UHGV virus genome: UHGV-1342921 | Source: a virus | Length of the DNA stretch: 64,000 nt | Reading direction: 5' to 3' (one strand) | In this document: positions 32,263 to 42,074 of the stretch, one piece after another | How the letters are laid out: each line of letters begins with the position of its first letter | How positions within the stretch are numbered: position 1 is the stretch's first letter | Made by a program: the position numbers and the translations under genes | Notes under the pieces: model-generated | The model's input: the letters and a program-made list of their open reading frames with translations, nothing else | Databases searched by the model: none | Told to the model about the DNA's origin: nothing

Positions 32263-34749
32263 CCTTCGATTAGACTATCATTGTCATAGTTCATTGTCGA
32301 ATATCCGCTTACTTTGACTCGATCAATACTCTCGAAGATCTAACCAAACGAGCTGTCGAATTAGGTCTCCCTGGCATTGCGATTACTGAACACGAATGCC
32401 TTGGTAACTCTATTGATATAGAAATCCTTCAAGAAAAAATTCGACAAGAGCATCCTAGTTTTAAGATTGTTCATGGCAACGAAATCTACCTTACAGACGA
32501 TCGGTCTATGGGGCAAAAATACTATCATTTTATTTTGTTAGCTCTTGACGAGGTTGGTTTCCACATGATGTCCGAGCTGTCGTCTACCGCCTGGCTGAAC
32601 GGGTATTTCGACCGAGGACTCATGCGCGTGCCGACTTTGAAGTCAGACGTCGAGGACGTAATCAAGCGTTACGGGCAAGGCCACATCTACGCAAGCCAGG
32701 CTTGTCTTGGGTCGGAGTTAAGCACTTATGTCCTGAAAATGCACGACTGCCAGGAGAAGGGTGACAAAGAAGGTCGCAAGCACTGGCACGACGAGATCGT
32801 CAAGTTTGTGAGCTGGTGCACGAACACGTTCGGCAAGGACAACTTCTGCTTTGAGATTCAGCCGTCAAGGTCGCACGACCAGTTGATTCTCAATAACATC
32901 ATGCCGTCCATCGCAAAGGCGTTCAAACTGCCGATGTGCATTACGTGCGACGCCCATTACTTGACAAAGGAAGACGCCCCGATTCATAAGGCGTTCCTGA
33001 ACTCCAAGCAAGGCGATCGAGAGGTTGACGAGTTCTATTCTGCGACGTGGTTGCAGTCGGAGGATGAGATTCTTGAGCACCTTGAAGGCACTCCCGTCGA
33101 TTATGAGCAATGTTGCAAAGACAGCATGGCAATCTTTGATAGGGTGCAGGACTTCACCTTGAGGAAGCCACAAGAGGTGCCTGAAGCTCCCGTGCCGTTC
33201 AAGCCCAAGCGACATGTGGAATGTTCTAAATATCCCATCTTGTCGAAGCTGTATGAGTCTGACAGCGAGCAGGAAAGGTTCTGGGTAAACGAGTGCATCG
33301 GCCAACTGAAGAAACGAGGGCTGTATAACGACCAATACGTTTCAAGACTTGAAGAAGAAGCCGACGTTATGGATTATATCGGGCAGAAGCTCAACACCTG
33401 CATCTTCGCCTACTCACTGTTCATGCGCCACTATATCGACCTGATTTGGAACTGTGGCTCAACGGTTGGTGTCGGTCGTGGATCAGCTGGTGGCGGTTTA
33501 TCTCACTGGTTGCTTGGCATCACCGGCACAGACCCTATTATTAGTGGTAGCCATTTTTGGAGGTTTCTTAATAAAGAACGTGTCGAACTGCCTGATATTG
33601 ATATTGACGTGTGCCCATCCAAGCGAGAAGCTGTCTTCGAAGAGACACGCAAGGAGACTGGAGAGCTTGGTTGCGTGCACGTGTGCACCTATGGAACATT
33701 AACAACAAAGGCAACTATCAAGCTGGCTGGGCGAGGATACCGTTCCAAAGAGTACCCAAACGGCATCCCTCTTGAAGAGACTGAATACATCTCCTCTCTT
33801 GTGCCCTCCGAACGAGGATTTTTATGGACACTTAAGGACGTCATAAACGGCAATCCTGACAAGGGACGAAAGGCATCTGTGCAATTCAATGCAGAGATTG
33901 AGAAGTACCCTGGTCTCAAAGAGATTCTGTTCAAGATTGAAGGTCTTGTAGTTCAAGCAGGCATCCACGCAAGCGGTGTGATCTACCCGCCCAAGGAGGA
34001 CTATTACCGTTATGGACCTTTCATGAAGGCCAAGAACGGCACCATCATCACGCAGTATTCCCTGCACATGGCAGAAGCGGCAGGTGCCACCAAGATTGAC
34101 TGGCTCGTCACAGAAGTCCAAGAGGTCATCACCCAGTGCATCGAGGAGCTTCAGCAGGCTGGGTACATCGAGAAAGGCTTAACCCTGCGCGAGGCTTATG
34201 ACAAGTACGTCAGCCCTGATGCGATTCCTCTTGACGACCCTGACACTTGGGACGCTGTAGACCGAGCAGATGTCCTCAAGCTATTCCAGCTCGACTCTAT
34301 GATCGGTCGTCAAGGTGCAAGGCTCATCAAGCCTCGTTCAATCGAGGAGCTGACGGCTGTCAACGCATTGATTCGACTGATGGCAGACGACGGTGAGGAG
34401 CGCCCAATGGACAGGTACGTCCGTCACAAGGCGCATCCGGAAGAGTGGGAGAAGGAACTTGACGAGTACGGCCTGTCAGACGAGGAGAAGACTGTCCTAC
34501 ACAAGCATTTCGACTCAAGCTACGGCGTCTGCTACGCACAAGAGCAGATGATGATGGCATTGATGGACCCAGGCATTTGTGGGTTTGACTTCAAAGCCAG
34601 TAACCAGGCAAGAAAAATCGTGGCGAAGAAAAAGTTCGATCAGATTGAAAGCTTGCATAAGCAGATTGTTGAGAGTGCCGTTTCACCTGCTATGGCAAAG
34701 TATGTGTGGGACGTTGTCGTTAAACCTTCGTTAGGATACAGCTTCAACT
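32249..34749 (+). CDS. dnaE: DNA polymerase III alpha subunit (DnaE-type), exon 1. Translation needs a +1 frameshift at CTT TGA C (32312-32318); the PHP domain and polymerase core follow
   Basis: ATG at 32249 with a GAGGGAGGGAAGG RBS gives MTTTNLRLDYHCHSSLSNIRLL then TGA. The +1 frame continues DSINTLEDLTKRAVELGLPGIAITEHE...KIVHGNEIYL (PHP motifs), then ...GIHASGVIY..., KIDWLVTEV, ...SLGYSF. The ORF-track start at 32508 is an internal Met. Confidence 0.7.
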
Positions 34750-35036
34750 AGAGGAGCCTTTTACCGGTGACGGTAATAGCAAAGCTACTTAACTGCGGGA
34801 ACTTCTTTAGAGCCTATAACTACCAACCGTGCGTGGCGACATACATGGGGCAGAGGGTAACGCCCGAGATATGGTAACAAGGTTATAGGATTAGAAAATC
34901 CGCAACGCCACCTCTGGCTGTTAGACAGAGGAACGCCCAGAGACTACCACGTAGCCTTCTCTACAAGAGAAGATGGTATAGTCCAGACCGCAACACATAA
35001 GTGGCTGGGGAGACCCAGTGCGGTATTGCTCAAACG
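34750..35036 (+). mobile_element. ORF-less group I intron (about 290 nt) in dnaE; the boundaries are approximate
   Basis: The Pol III alpha alignment breaks between ...GYSFN and (F)HGYSYSIIGYQCAWLATHYP (canonical [27 protein letters not shown]). In-frame stops lie on both sides. The intervening sequence has a P-like AACTGCGGGAAC, a Q-like AAATCCGCAACG and an S-like AGATGGTATAGTCC element. Omega-G at 35036. Confidence 0.55.
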
Positions 35037-36346
35037 TTCACGGATATAGCTACTCAATCATCGGCTACCAGTGCGCATGGCTTGCAACACACTACCCGAA
35101 GGTGTTTTGGAACACTGCATGCCTTCGAGTGGACTCGGGCGTTGAAGACGATGCAACGACAAGTTATGACAAGATTTCAAAGGCGGTCGGCAACATTCTC
35201 AACGCAGGCATCAAAGTGTTGCCGATTGACATCAACAAGTCGGGGTACATGTTTGAGCCAGACGAGAAGACACAGTCGATTCTTTGCGGTCTTAAAGCGT
35301 TGATCGGCATCAATGGCGACACTGTTCAGCAAATCATCGAAAACAGGCCTTACAGTTCGTTCGATGACTTCCGAGAGAAGGTGCCGCTGAACAAGACGGC
35401 GATGATTTCACTCATCAAGGCTCACGCATTTGACTGCTTTGACGTCAGATACAACGTCATGGTTCAGTACATCACCGAGCAGAGCGAGCCCAAGTCCAAG
35501 CTGACGATGGCTAACCTGCAAGGTCTTATTGACAGGAGCATGATTCCGGCAGACTATCAGTTGCAGATCAGGACGTTCGTTTTCAACAAGTCCTTGCGTG
35601 CCAACTGCAAATTCAAGGAATGGTACACCCTTGAGGGCAGATACTATCGTTTCTATGAGAAGTTCTTCGACATAGACGAGCTTGAGAGCGTCGGCGGCAA
35701 GTTCTGCATCTCACAAAAGAAGTGGCAGAAGATGTATACAAAGATGATGGAGCCTGTGAAGAAGTACATCACCGACAACCAAAAGGCCCTGCTTGAACAG
35801 TTCAACCTCACGTTGTTCAACGAGCAATGGAACAAGTACGCATCGGGCACTCGCGGTTCGTGGGACATGAGTTCCCTGGGCTTCTATTCCGCCAAGCACG
35901 AGCTGGACGGCATAGAGTACGACAAGTACGGCCTGTCGAAGTTCTCAAGCCTGCCCGAGGAGCCTGTAGAAGCCGAGTCGCGTGGCAAGTTCAAGATTTA
36001 CAATCTCACGAGGATCTGCGGCACGGTTGTGGCGAAAGACGACACTCGTTCGACCTTCACTCTCCTCACCCCGGATTCAGGCTCCGTCGACGTCAAGCTT
36101 CCCAGGGAGATTTACGCCCACTACAACAGGAAGATCGTGCTGGAGAACTCTGGCTCGAAGATTTCCGAGGACGGGTGGTTCACAAGGGGCACGCTTCTCA
36201 TGGCATGCGGTTATCGGCAGGGAAACATGTTCAGGCTAAAGAGGTACAAGAACACGTCAAGCTTGCTGTTGTATAACATGGCGATAACCAAGAGTGGTAG
36301 GATAATCTGCACCGGAAGCCGCCTCGGTGACGAAGACGAGGTATAA
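35037..36346 (+). CDS. dnaE: DNA polymerase III alpha subunit, exon 2 (C-terminal HhH/OB region)
   Basis: HGYSYSIIGYQCAWLATHYPKVFW...AGIKVLPIDINKSGYMFEP...LCGLKALIGINGDTVQQIIENRPYSSFDDFREKV...LIKAHAFDCF matches the DnaE C-terminal region. Confidence 0.7.
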
Positions 36347-36356
36347 GTTACATTGT

Positions 36357-36409
36357 TTGACTACAGCTCCGCTTTTGTGTTATAATAATATTTCACAAGA
36401 GCGGAGCTG
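36357..36409 (+). promoter_or_regulatory. Promoter TTGACT-18 bp-TATAAT whose -10 element sits in the loop of a 17-bp inverted repeat (terminator/attenuator-like) between dnaE and the guanylate kinase gene
   Basis: ACAGCTCCGCTTTTGTG ... CACAAGAGCGGAGCTGT (16 of 17 complementary) encloses TTATAATAATATTT. TTGACT at 36357-36362. Confidence 0.5.
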
Positions 36410-36428
36410 TTTGTATGTAAGGAGAAAA

Positions 36429-37022
36429 ATGAGACAGAAGATTCTGGCAATCGTCGGTCCTTCATGTGCCGGTAAAGACACAATCAAAGACAGGCTTGCG
36501 CTTATCGACAGCCATACGTTCCACGTTCCACAGCGCGTGACTAGCAGGCCTCGCAGGCCAGGGGAGAGGGACTCGGCGTATAGGTTCGTCACAAAGCGAA
36601 CGTTCAAGACCGAGATAAAGTATGGCTGCCTTGCCGAGTACGGGTGGTTCCGTGGATGGGGGTACGGCACCAGGATTGACGACCTCACCAACGATGACGA
36701 AAAGATCAACGTGCTCACGATGGACTTGAACTCCCTAAAGATGCTCAAGAGGAACCTCGGTGTGGCAGACATCCGCTGTGTCTATCTTGACGCGCCCTTG
36801 TCTGTCCGTCTTAAAAGGTACAAGGACAGGGACGGTGGAATGTCATCGTTTGAGATGTACAGGCGTGCCGTCTCCGACAGCCTTATGTACCGCAACGCCA
36901 TCGACGAGATTCTAAAGCTCGGCATTCCGCACGCCTACATCCCCAACGACAAAGGGTTGTACGGCAGGACAGACGAGGTGCTGTCTTTTTGCAAAGATTG
37001 GTTGAACGGTCAAAGGTTTTAA
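36429..37022 (+). CDS. Guanylate kinase-like (d)NMP kinase
   Basis: P-loop GPSCAGKDT. GMP-binding signature TSRPRRPGE (compare TTRxPRxGE). TAAGGAG RBS upstream of the ATG at 36429. Confidence 0.7.
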   Translation: MRQKILAIVGPSCAGKDTIKDRLALIDSHTFHVPQRVTSRPRRPGERDSAYRFVTKRTFKTEIKYGCLAEYGWFRGWGYGTRIDDLTNDDEKINVLTMDLNSLKMLKRNLGVADIRCVYLDAPLSVRLKRYKDRDGGMSSFEMYRRAVSDSLMYRNAIDEILKLGIPHAYIPNDKGLYGRTDEVLSFCKDWLNGQRF

Positions 37023-37087
37023 CTTGACATTATGACTCCATCTAGTATATAATACAAAAACCAGACACAAGATATTGGAGGTAGCCT

Positions 37088-38389
37088 ATGAAAGTTAAAA
37101 AAAGGAACGGCAATCTCGAAAAGTACGACTTAAAGAAGATCAGACACGCGATTGAGCGTGCGTTTGAGGACATCTACGGTCAAGAGACGTACACAAATGA
37201 CATGCAGGTCAACATCAGCGGATTAGCTTCAGCGACAGAAGTCCAAATTTGCAAGGTTGGGGTCGCAGATGTAGAGGATATCCAAGATGTGGAGGATATC
37301 CAAGACGCTGTTGAAGACGTGTTGATGCTCAATGGATATTATGAGGTGGCGAAGGAGTATATTCGATACAGGTATCTCCACGAGCTACGTCGAAATGAGC
37401 GAGAGCAAGAGAAGTTTTATGACAGCATCGGTGAAAAGCTCAAAGCTACCAACGTTCAGAACCAGAATGCGAATGTCGATGAGAAGTCCTTCGGTGGTAG
37501 AATGGGTGAGGCCTGTTCTGAACTAACCCGTGATTACGCTTTAAAAAACTGTTTATCCGAAATGGCAAGGAACAACCATCTTAATAACGAGATTTACGAA
37601 CACGACCTTGATCATTACCCCACAGGAGACCACAACTGCCTGTCTATTCCATTTGACAAGCTTTTGGCTAATGGCTTCAACACAAGACAAACCGATGTAA
37701 GACCTGCAAATTCCGTCAATACGGCGTTTCAATTGGTTGCCGTCATTTTTCAGCTACAGAGTCTTATGCAGTTTGGTGGGGTAAGTGCGACGCATCTAGA
37801 TTGGACAATGGTTCCATATGTACGAAAGTCCTTCTTAAAGCATTTTAAAGACGGAATGCTTTGGTGGTGTAAGAGCTGTGACAACAGCGATAAATATGCT
37901 AAATTCCTCCGTGAAGTAGAAGACGGCTTGTGGCCCGACACACTCTTTATTGAAGACGAGAGATACAAAGTCCATGATATGGCTTATCAATACGCGGTCG
38001 AAATGACCAAGAAAGAGACTTATCAAGCGGTAGAAGGCATGTACCACAACCTAAATACACTACAAAGTCGAAGCGGGAACCAGCTTCCCTTTACATCAAC
38101 CAATTTCGGCACATGCACGCTTCCTGAAGGTCGTCTTGTCATAAAAGCAATGCTAGAAACTTCGATTCGCGGTCTTGGCAAGCTTCATAAAACCAGTATT
38201 TTTCCCTGCACTATTTTCCAGTGTATGAAGGGTGTCAATCGAGCTCCTGGAGATCCAAATTACGACCTGTTCCAGCTTGCTTTAAAATCAACCTCTCAAA
38301 GGCTTTACCCCAACTATGCTAACGTAGATTGGTCTGGCAACGCTGGCTACGATAGAAACGATCCAAAGACCTACTTCAGCACCATGGGT
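37088..38389 (+). CDS. nrdD: Anaerobic ribonucleoside-triphosphate reductase NrdD, exon 1 (ATP-cone plus catalytic barrel up to the ...YFSTMG active-site loop)
   Basis: N-terminal ATP-cone VKKRNGNLEKYDLKKIRHAIERA. Exon 1 ends ...TMG and exon 2 begins CRTANG..., which reconstitutes the conserved NrdD MGCR motif (E. coli SPMGCRSFLG). Confidence 0.8.
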
Positions 38390-39483
38390 AAGCGTAAACT
38401 ATAGCTCATGTAAAACCTCCTTAACCTCGCCAGAGGGTGTGGGTTCTTAAACTCGCTAACGGTTAGGGCTCTTATGAGTTGAGACCGTGCTAAACACTCT
38501 AAAAATGTTGTTCTTTTCTGACTCTCTTGAACAAAAAAGGGGTACATACAAGAGAAAGCAGTTAGAAAGGACCAACATGTATATCTACAAAGTAACAAAC
38601 AGTTTGAACGGTAAATTTTATATTGGGCAAACGGTTCGAACTCCAGAATCCAGATGGGAACGTCATAAAAATGATGCCCTAGGAGATCGTCACCTTGATA
38701 CACATTTTGCGAGAGCTATTAGAAAATATGGCCCTGAAAATTTTACCATTGAAACAATTGACACTGCATCCTCTCAAGAAGAACTGACGAAGAAAGAACA
38801 TGATTGGATAGTTAAGACTCGGGCGGTAGAGAAAGGTTATAACGAAACTTCTGCTATCGAAAAATGTGGTGGTAACACCTACGAGTCAAAAACCAAAGAA
38901 GAACTTGCTTGTATTGGTGAGAAAATTAGAAAAACTAAACTTGGTGGCAACAATCCTCACTCAACAAAGGTAAAATGTAAAGACACTACCACGGGCGAAG
39001 AATTTCATTTTAATTCTCAAGTAGAAATGCAAAAGTTCTTTGGCGCTCCTAATCACCTGTTTATTTCACGACGTTGTCTTGGACAAGTAAAAAGTTTATA
39101 CAAAAAACGCTGGCTAATCTCTTACGAAGAAGGAGAGATTATTGCGAAGAACCATATTGGAAAAGGTTCAGAAAGAGCAACCGGCGTTTACGTAAAAGAT
39201 TTACAAACAGGGGAAAGTAAGTCTTTTCCCAGCTATTCCGATGCAGAGCGATATTTTGGACAGAAGGAAAGAGCTTTTAGTAGCAAAGCCTACAAAAGAG
39301 GCAATTCTTTTGTTTATAAAAGTAGATATGAAATTACAAAAATTTTAGAGTGAAAGTGTATCGACTATCCCTGATGAATGTAAGGGAGTAGGGCTAGAGA
39401 TAGGCACTAGCTCGAAACGGGAGGCTACCGTCTTATGAAGGTAGAAGATATAGTCAGTGCAGATGGTGACATCTGATAACACG
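38390..39483 (+). mobile_element. Group I intron (about 1.09 kb) in nrdD encoding a GIY-YIG homing endonuclease
   Basis: Exon 1 ends in U (ggU at 38389). S element AAGATATAGTCAGTGC at 39448-39463, about 20 nt before the omega-G at 39483. Exon frames are continuous across the junction. Core sequence shared with the dnaB intron. Confidence 0.8.
38577..39353 (+). CDS. GIY-YIG homing endonuclease (I-TevI/I-TevII-like) within the nrdD intron
   Basis: MYIYKVTNSLNGKFYIGQT (GIY...YIG), R-x(3)-H, IRKYGPENF, conserved E/N. GAAAGGA RBS upstream of the ATG at 38577. Confidence 0.8.
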   Translation: MYIYKVTNSLNGKFYIGQTVRTPESRWERHKNDALGDRHLDTHFARAIRKYGPENFTIETIDTASSQEELTKKEHDWIVKTRAVEKGYNETSAIEKCGGNTYESKTKEELACIGEKIRKTKLGGNNPHSTKVKCKDTTTGEEFHFNSQVEMQKFFGAPNHLFISRRCLGQVKSLYKKRWLISYEEGEIIAKNHIGKGSERATGVYVKDLQTGESKSFPSYSDAERYFGQKERAFSSKAYKRGNSFVYKSRYEITKILE

Positions 39484-40422
39484 TGTAGGACCGCCAATGG
39501 ATACGACATCAATGGCATGGCCCAGACAAAAGACGGACGAGGGAACATCTGTCCTGTCACTATAATTATGCCGACTCTTGCTATGGAAGCCGACCGAGAT
39601 GTAGAGAAGTTCATGGAACTTCTTGACAAAAAGATTCACGAAGCCAAAGACATGCTTTTGGAACGTTTTGAGTACATCTGCTCACAGTCTCCTGAATCGG
39701 GCAAGTTCATGTACGAGAACGGCACTATGGAGGGATATATTCCGGAAGAGGGTATCCGTAGCGCTCTCAAGCATGGTACGTTGGCGCTTGGCCAGTTAGG
39801 ACTAGCGGAAACGCTTCAACTGCTTATCGGAACAGACCAGACAACAGACAAAGGAATGGAATTGGCCAAGCGTATCGAGTCTTTGTTCCGCAAGCGCTGT
39901 GATGAGTTTAAGCACAAGTACAAGCTTAATTTTGGAGTTTATTACACACCAGCAGAGAATCTATGCTTTAAAGCTCTTAAAAAGTTTAGAGCTAAATATG
40001 GCGTTATTCCTAACGTGTCAGACAAAGATTTCTTTACTAACTCTATTCATTGTCCTGTATGGAGCGATTTAACAGTTATGGAAAAGATTGACATTGAGTC
40101 TCAACTCACAGGATATTCCAACGCGGGCTGCATCGTTTACGCCGAATTGCCATCAACCACTAAGAACAACCTTGAAGCACTTGAGACTATTGTAAATTAT
40201 GCAATGGATAAAGATATCCCTTATTTTGCCATCAACGTGCCGAACGACACTTGCCTTGACTGCGGATATTGCGACGAGTTCAACGACCATTGCCCAATGT
40301 GCGGAAGCACTCATATTCAACAGCTTCGTAGAGTGACAGGCTACTTAACTGGGAACTATACCACCGCGTTCAATCTCGGCAAGCAAGACGAGGTTCACCA
40401 TAGAGCCAAGAATGCAAGATAA
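39484..40422 (+). CDS. nrdD: NrdD exon 2 (C-terminal half with the zinc ribbon and glycyl-radical motif)
   Basis: ...YYTPAENLCFKA, SDKDFFTNSIHCPV, CLDCGYC...CPMCGS (zinc ribbon), and RRVTGYLTGN...FNLGKQDEVHHR (glycyl radical RVxGY plus C-terminal tail), colinear with E. coli NrdD. Confidence 0.8.
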   Translation, partial: CRTANGYDINGMAQTKDGRGNICPVTIIMPTLAMEADRDVEKFMELLDKKIHEAKDMLLERFEYICSQSPESGKFMYENGTMEGYIPEEGIRSALKHGTLALGQLGLAETLQLLIGTDQTTDKGMELAKRIESLFRKRCDEFKHKYKLNFGVYYTPAENLCFKALKKFRAKYGVIPNVSDKDFFTNSIHCPVWSDLTVMEKIDIESQLTGYSNAGCIVYAELPSTTKNNLEALETIVNYAMDKDIPYFAINVPNDTCLDCGYCDEFNDHCPMCGSTHIQQLRRVTGYLTGNYTTAFNLGKQDEVHHRAKNAR

Positions 40423-40459
40423 TAAACCTTGATTCTGCTTATAGAATTAAATTTTACCA

Positions 40460-40489
40460 TTGACGGCAGGTCCATATATGTGCTATAAT
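40460..40489 (+). promoter_or_regulatory. Sigma-70-like promoter TTGACG-18 bp-TATAAT
   Basis: TTGACG at 40460-40465 and TATAAT at 40484-40489. Confidence 0.55.
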
Positions 40490-40517
40490 ATACTTATCAG
40501 TTGAAAGGAGCACATAC

Positions 40518-40871
40518 ATGGACTCTGTCTTTCTTGTTTGGTATGACAACGGCGAAGATTACGAAGACAATTACACTTCCGTGGAGAAGGTGTTCCACAC
40601 CAGAAAGAACGCAGAGAGGTTCCTTGAGGAAGACCTAGACCTTGAGCGAGTTGACAGCAAGTTCGGTACAACTTGGATCCCCAAGAAAGCCCCCTGTCCC
40701 TTCGGTCTCACCGACGGAGAGAACTGCGCCCGTCAGTTCTGCCCGATGTTCTCCCCTTCCGAGAACGACGACGTTCTGACTGGCGTCCGAGAGTGCAAGC
40801 ACGAGGATATCTTCTGGGAGAACGAGTATCTTCGCCATTTCTACACAATAGAGCAGAGGGAAGTATATTAA
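40518..40871 (+). CDS. Hypothetical protein (117 aa)
   Basis: AAAGGAG RBS upstream. Sits between nrdD and nrdG. Confidence 0.45.
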   Translation: MDSVFLVWYDNGEDYEDNYTSVEKVFHTRKNAERFLEEDLDLERVDSKFGTTWIPKKAPCPFGLTDGENCARQFCPMFSPSENDDVLTGVRECKHEDIFWENEYLRHFYTIEQREVY

Positions 40872-40884
40872 GGAGGTAAGAAGC

Positions 40885-41409
40885 TTGAGGTATGCCGACA
40901 TCCACAAAATGAACATCAGCGACGGTCCTGGCATAGGCGTGTCGTTGTACGTTCAGGGGTGCGCGTTGCATTGCCCAGGTTGCTTTAACGAGGGAACCTG
41001 GGACTTCGACGGTGGGAAAGAGTACACGAACGACACGATGGACACAATCCTCGATCTGCTCAAGCCCGAGTGGATGACAAGGCTGTCCATCCTTGGCGGG
41101 GAACCACTATGTCCAGCGAACTACAGGGAGCTTATCAAGCTCACGTATCTGGCGCATGAGGAGAACAAAGACAAGCCAGACTTTAAGGTGTGGATGTGGA
41201 CCGGCAGGACTTACGAGAACCTTATGGCCGAGATAAACTCCGAGTCAGACTGCAAGCACCAGCACCCTTTGGAGCTCGTCCTGAAGGGCGTCGACTACCT
41301 GGTGGACGGCCCGTTCATCCAGGACAAGAAAGACCTGACGCTCAAGTGGCGCGGAAGCTCGAACCAAAGGATCATCGCCTTGAACGGCAACGAAGAGATT
41401 GGACAATAG
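40885..41409 (+). CDS. nrdG: Anaerobic RNR activating protein NrdG (radical SAM), TTG start
   Basis: CALHCPGC is the CxxxCxxC radical-SAM cluster motif near the N-terminus. Size is about 174 aa. AGGAGGT RBS 7 nt upstream of the TTG. Adjacent to nrdD. Confidence 0.8.
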   Translation: MRYADIHKMNISDGPGIGVSLYVQGCALHCPGCFNEGTWDFDGGKEYTNDTMDTILDLLKPEWMTRLSILGGEPLCPANYRELIKLTYLAHEENKDKPDFKVWMWTGRTYENLMAEINSESDCKHQHPLELVLKGVDYLVDGPFIQDKKDLTLKWRGSSNQRIIALNGNEEIGQ

Positions 41410-41815
41410 CAAGATGGAAATGAACACAGGCCTTACACAGTATGAATTTGCAAAGCGGCGATTTGAGAGCGGTGCCGTCGATGAGTTCACCGAGACCAAG
41501 ACGATTGCCGAGTTGACGAACATCAGCGCGTGGTTCTCTACGGAGAAGTACTTCCAATATTTCATGCTGTTGTGCCGAGAAGCCTACGACTTCACCGTCA
41601 TCAACATCAAGGGCACCAACTACCACAAGGCAATGACCGAGGTTCAGGAAGTGCTTGAGTCCCGTGGCAAGATCGTGTTCATTGAATATTGTCATGACAG
41701 CGGGGACTACGAGATTTGGATCAAGACCAACGAGCAGATGAAAATGGTTACCGGGTCCGACTATGTTATGTTTAAGTTGTTCCCATGCAACGACTTCGTG
41801 ATAGAGGTGGATTAA
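41399..41815 (+). CDS. Hypothetical protein (the start may be the internal Met at 41414)
   Basis: ORF overlapping the nrdG stop. Confidence 0.4.
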   Translation: MDNSKMEMNTGLTQYEFAKRRFESGAVDEFTETKTIAELTNISAWFSTEKYFQYFMLLCREAYDFTVINIKGTNYHKAMTEVQEVLESRGKIVFIEYCHDSGDYEIWIKTNEQMKMVTGSDYVMFKLFPCNDFVIEVD

Positions 41816-41816
41816 A

Positions 41817-42074
41817 GTGAAGTTATATGTCAACATCAACGGACTGACAAAGATCACGGCTTTTGACGACAACAACAACATCGTCTTTGAGAAGAACTGC
41901 ACCTACCCTGAAATTCTCAACATCCTAGACGCCGTGTCTCAAAAGTACCAGGCAGAGTCTTTCGACAAGATCTACATCACCGGGGCAAGTAAGCTCACCG
42001 AGCGACTCATGAACTCAATGACCCCAGTGTTTACCAAGGCAATGTACTGCATTGAAGGAGGAAGGAAGCGCTAA
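41817..42074 (+). CDS. Hypothetical small protein (GTG start)
   Basis: GGTGGA RBS. Tightly packed gene string. Confidence 0.4.
   Translation: MKLYVNINGLTKITAFDDNNNIVFEKNCTYPEILNILDAVSQKYQAESFDKIYITGASKLTERLMNSMTPVFTKAMYCIEGGRKR

Noticed and set aside
32249-32317. 22-aa mini-ORF MTTTNLRLDYHCHSSLSNIRLL as a standalone gene
   Set aside because: It carries the PHP-domain HxH motif and is contiguous, in the +1 frame, with the rest of DnaE. It is interpreted as the true N-terminus of dnaE (frameshift or indel), not a separate peptide.
35827-36276. 149-aa and 85-aa plus-strand ORFs inside dnaE exon 2
   Set aside because: These are alternative frames within a strongly supported polymerase coding region. 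They are Arg-rich with composition typical of out-of-frame reading.
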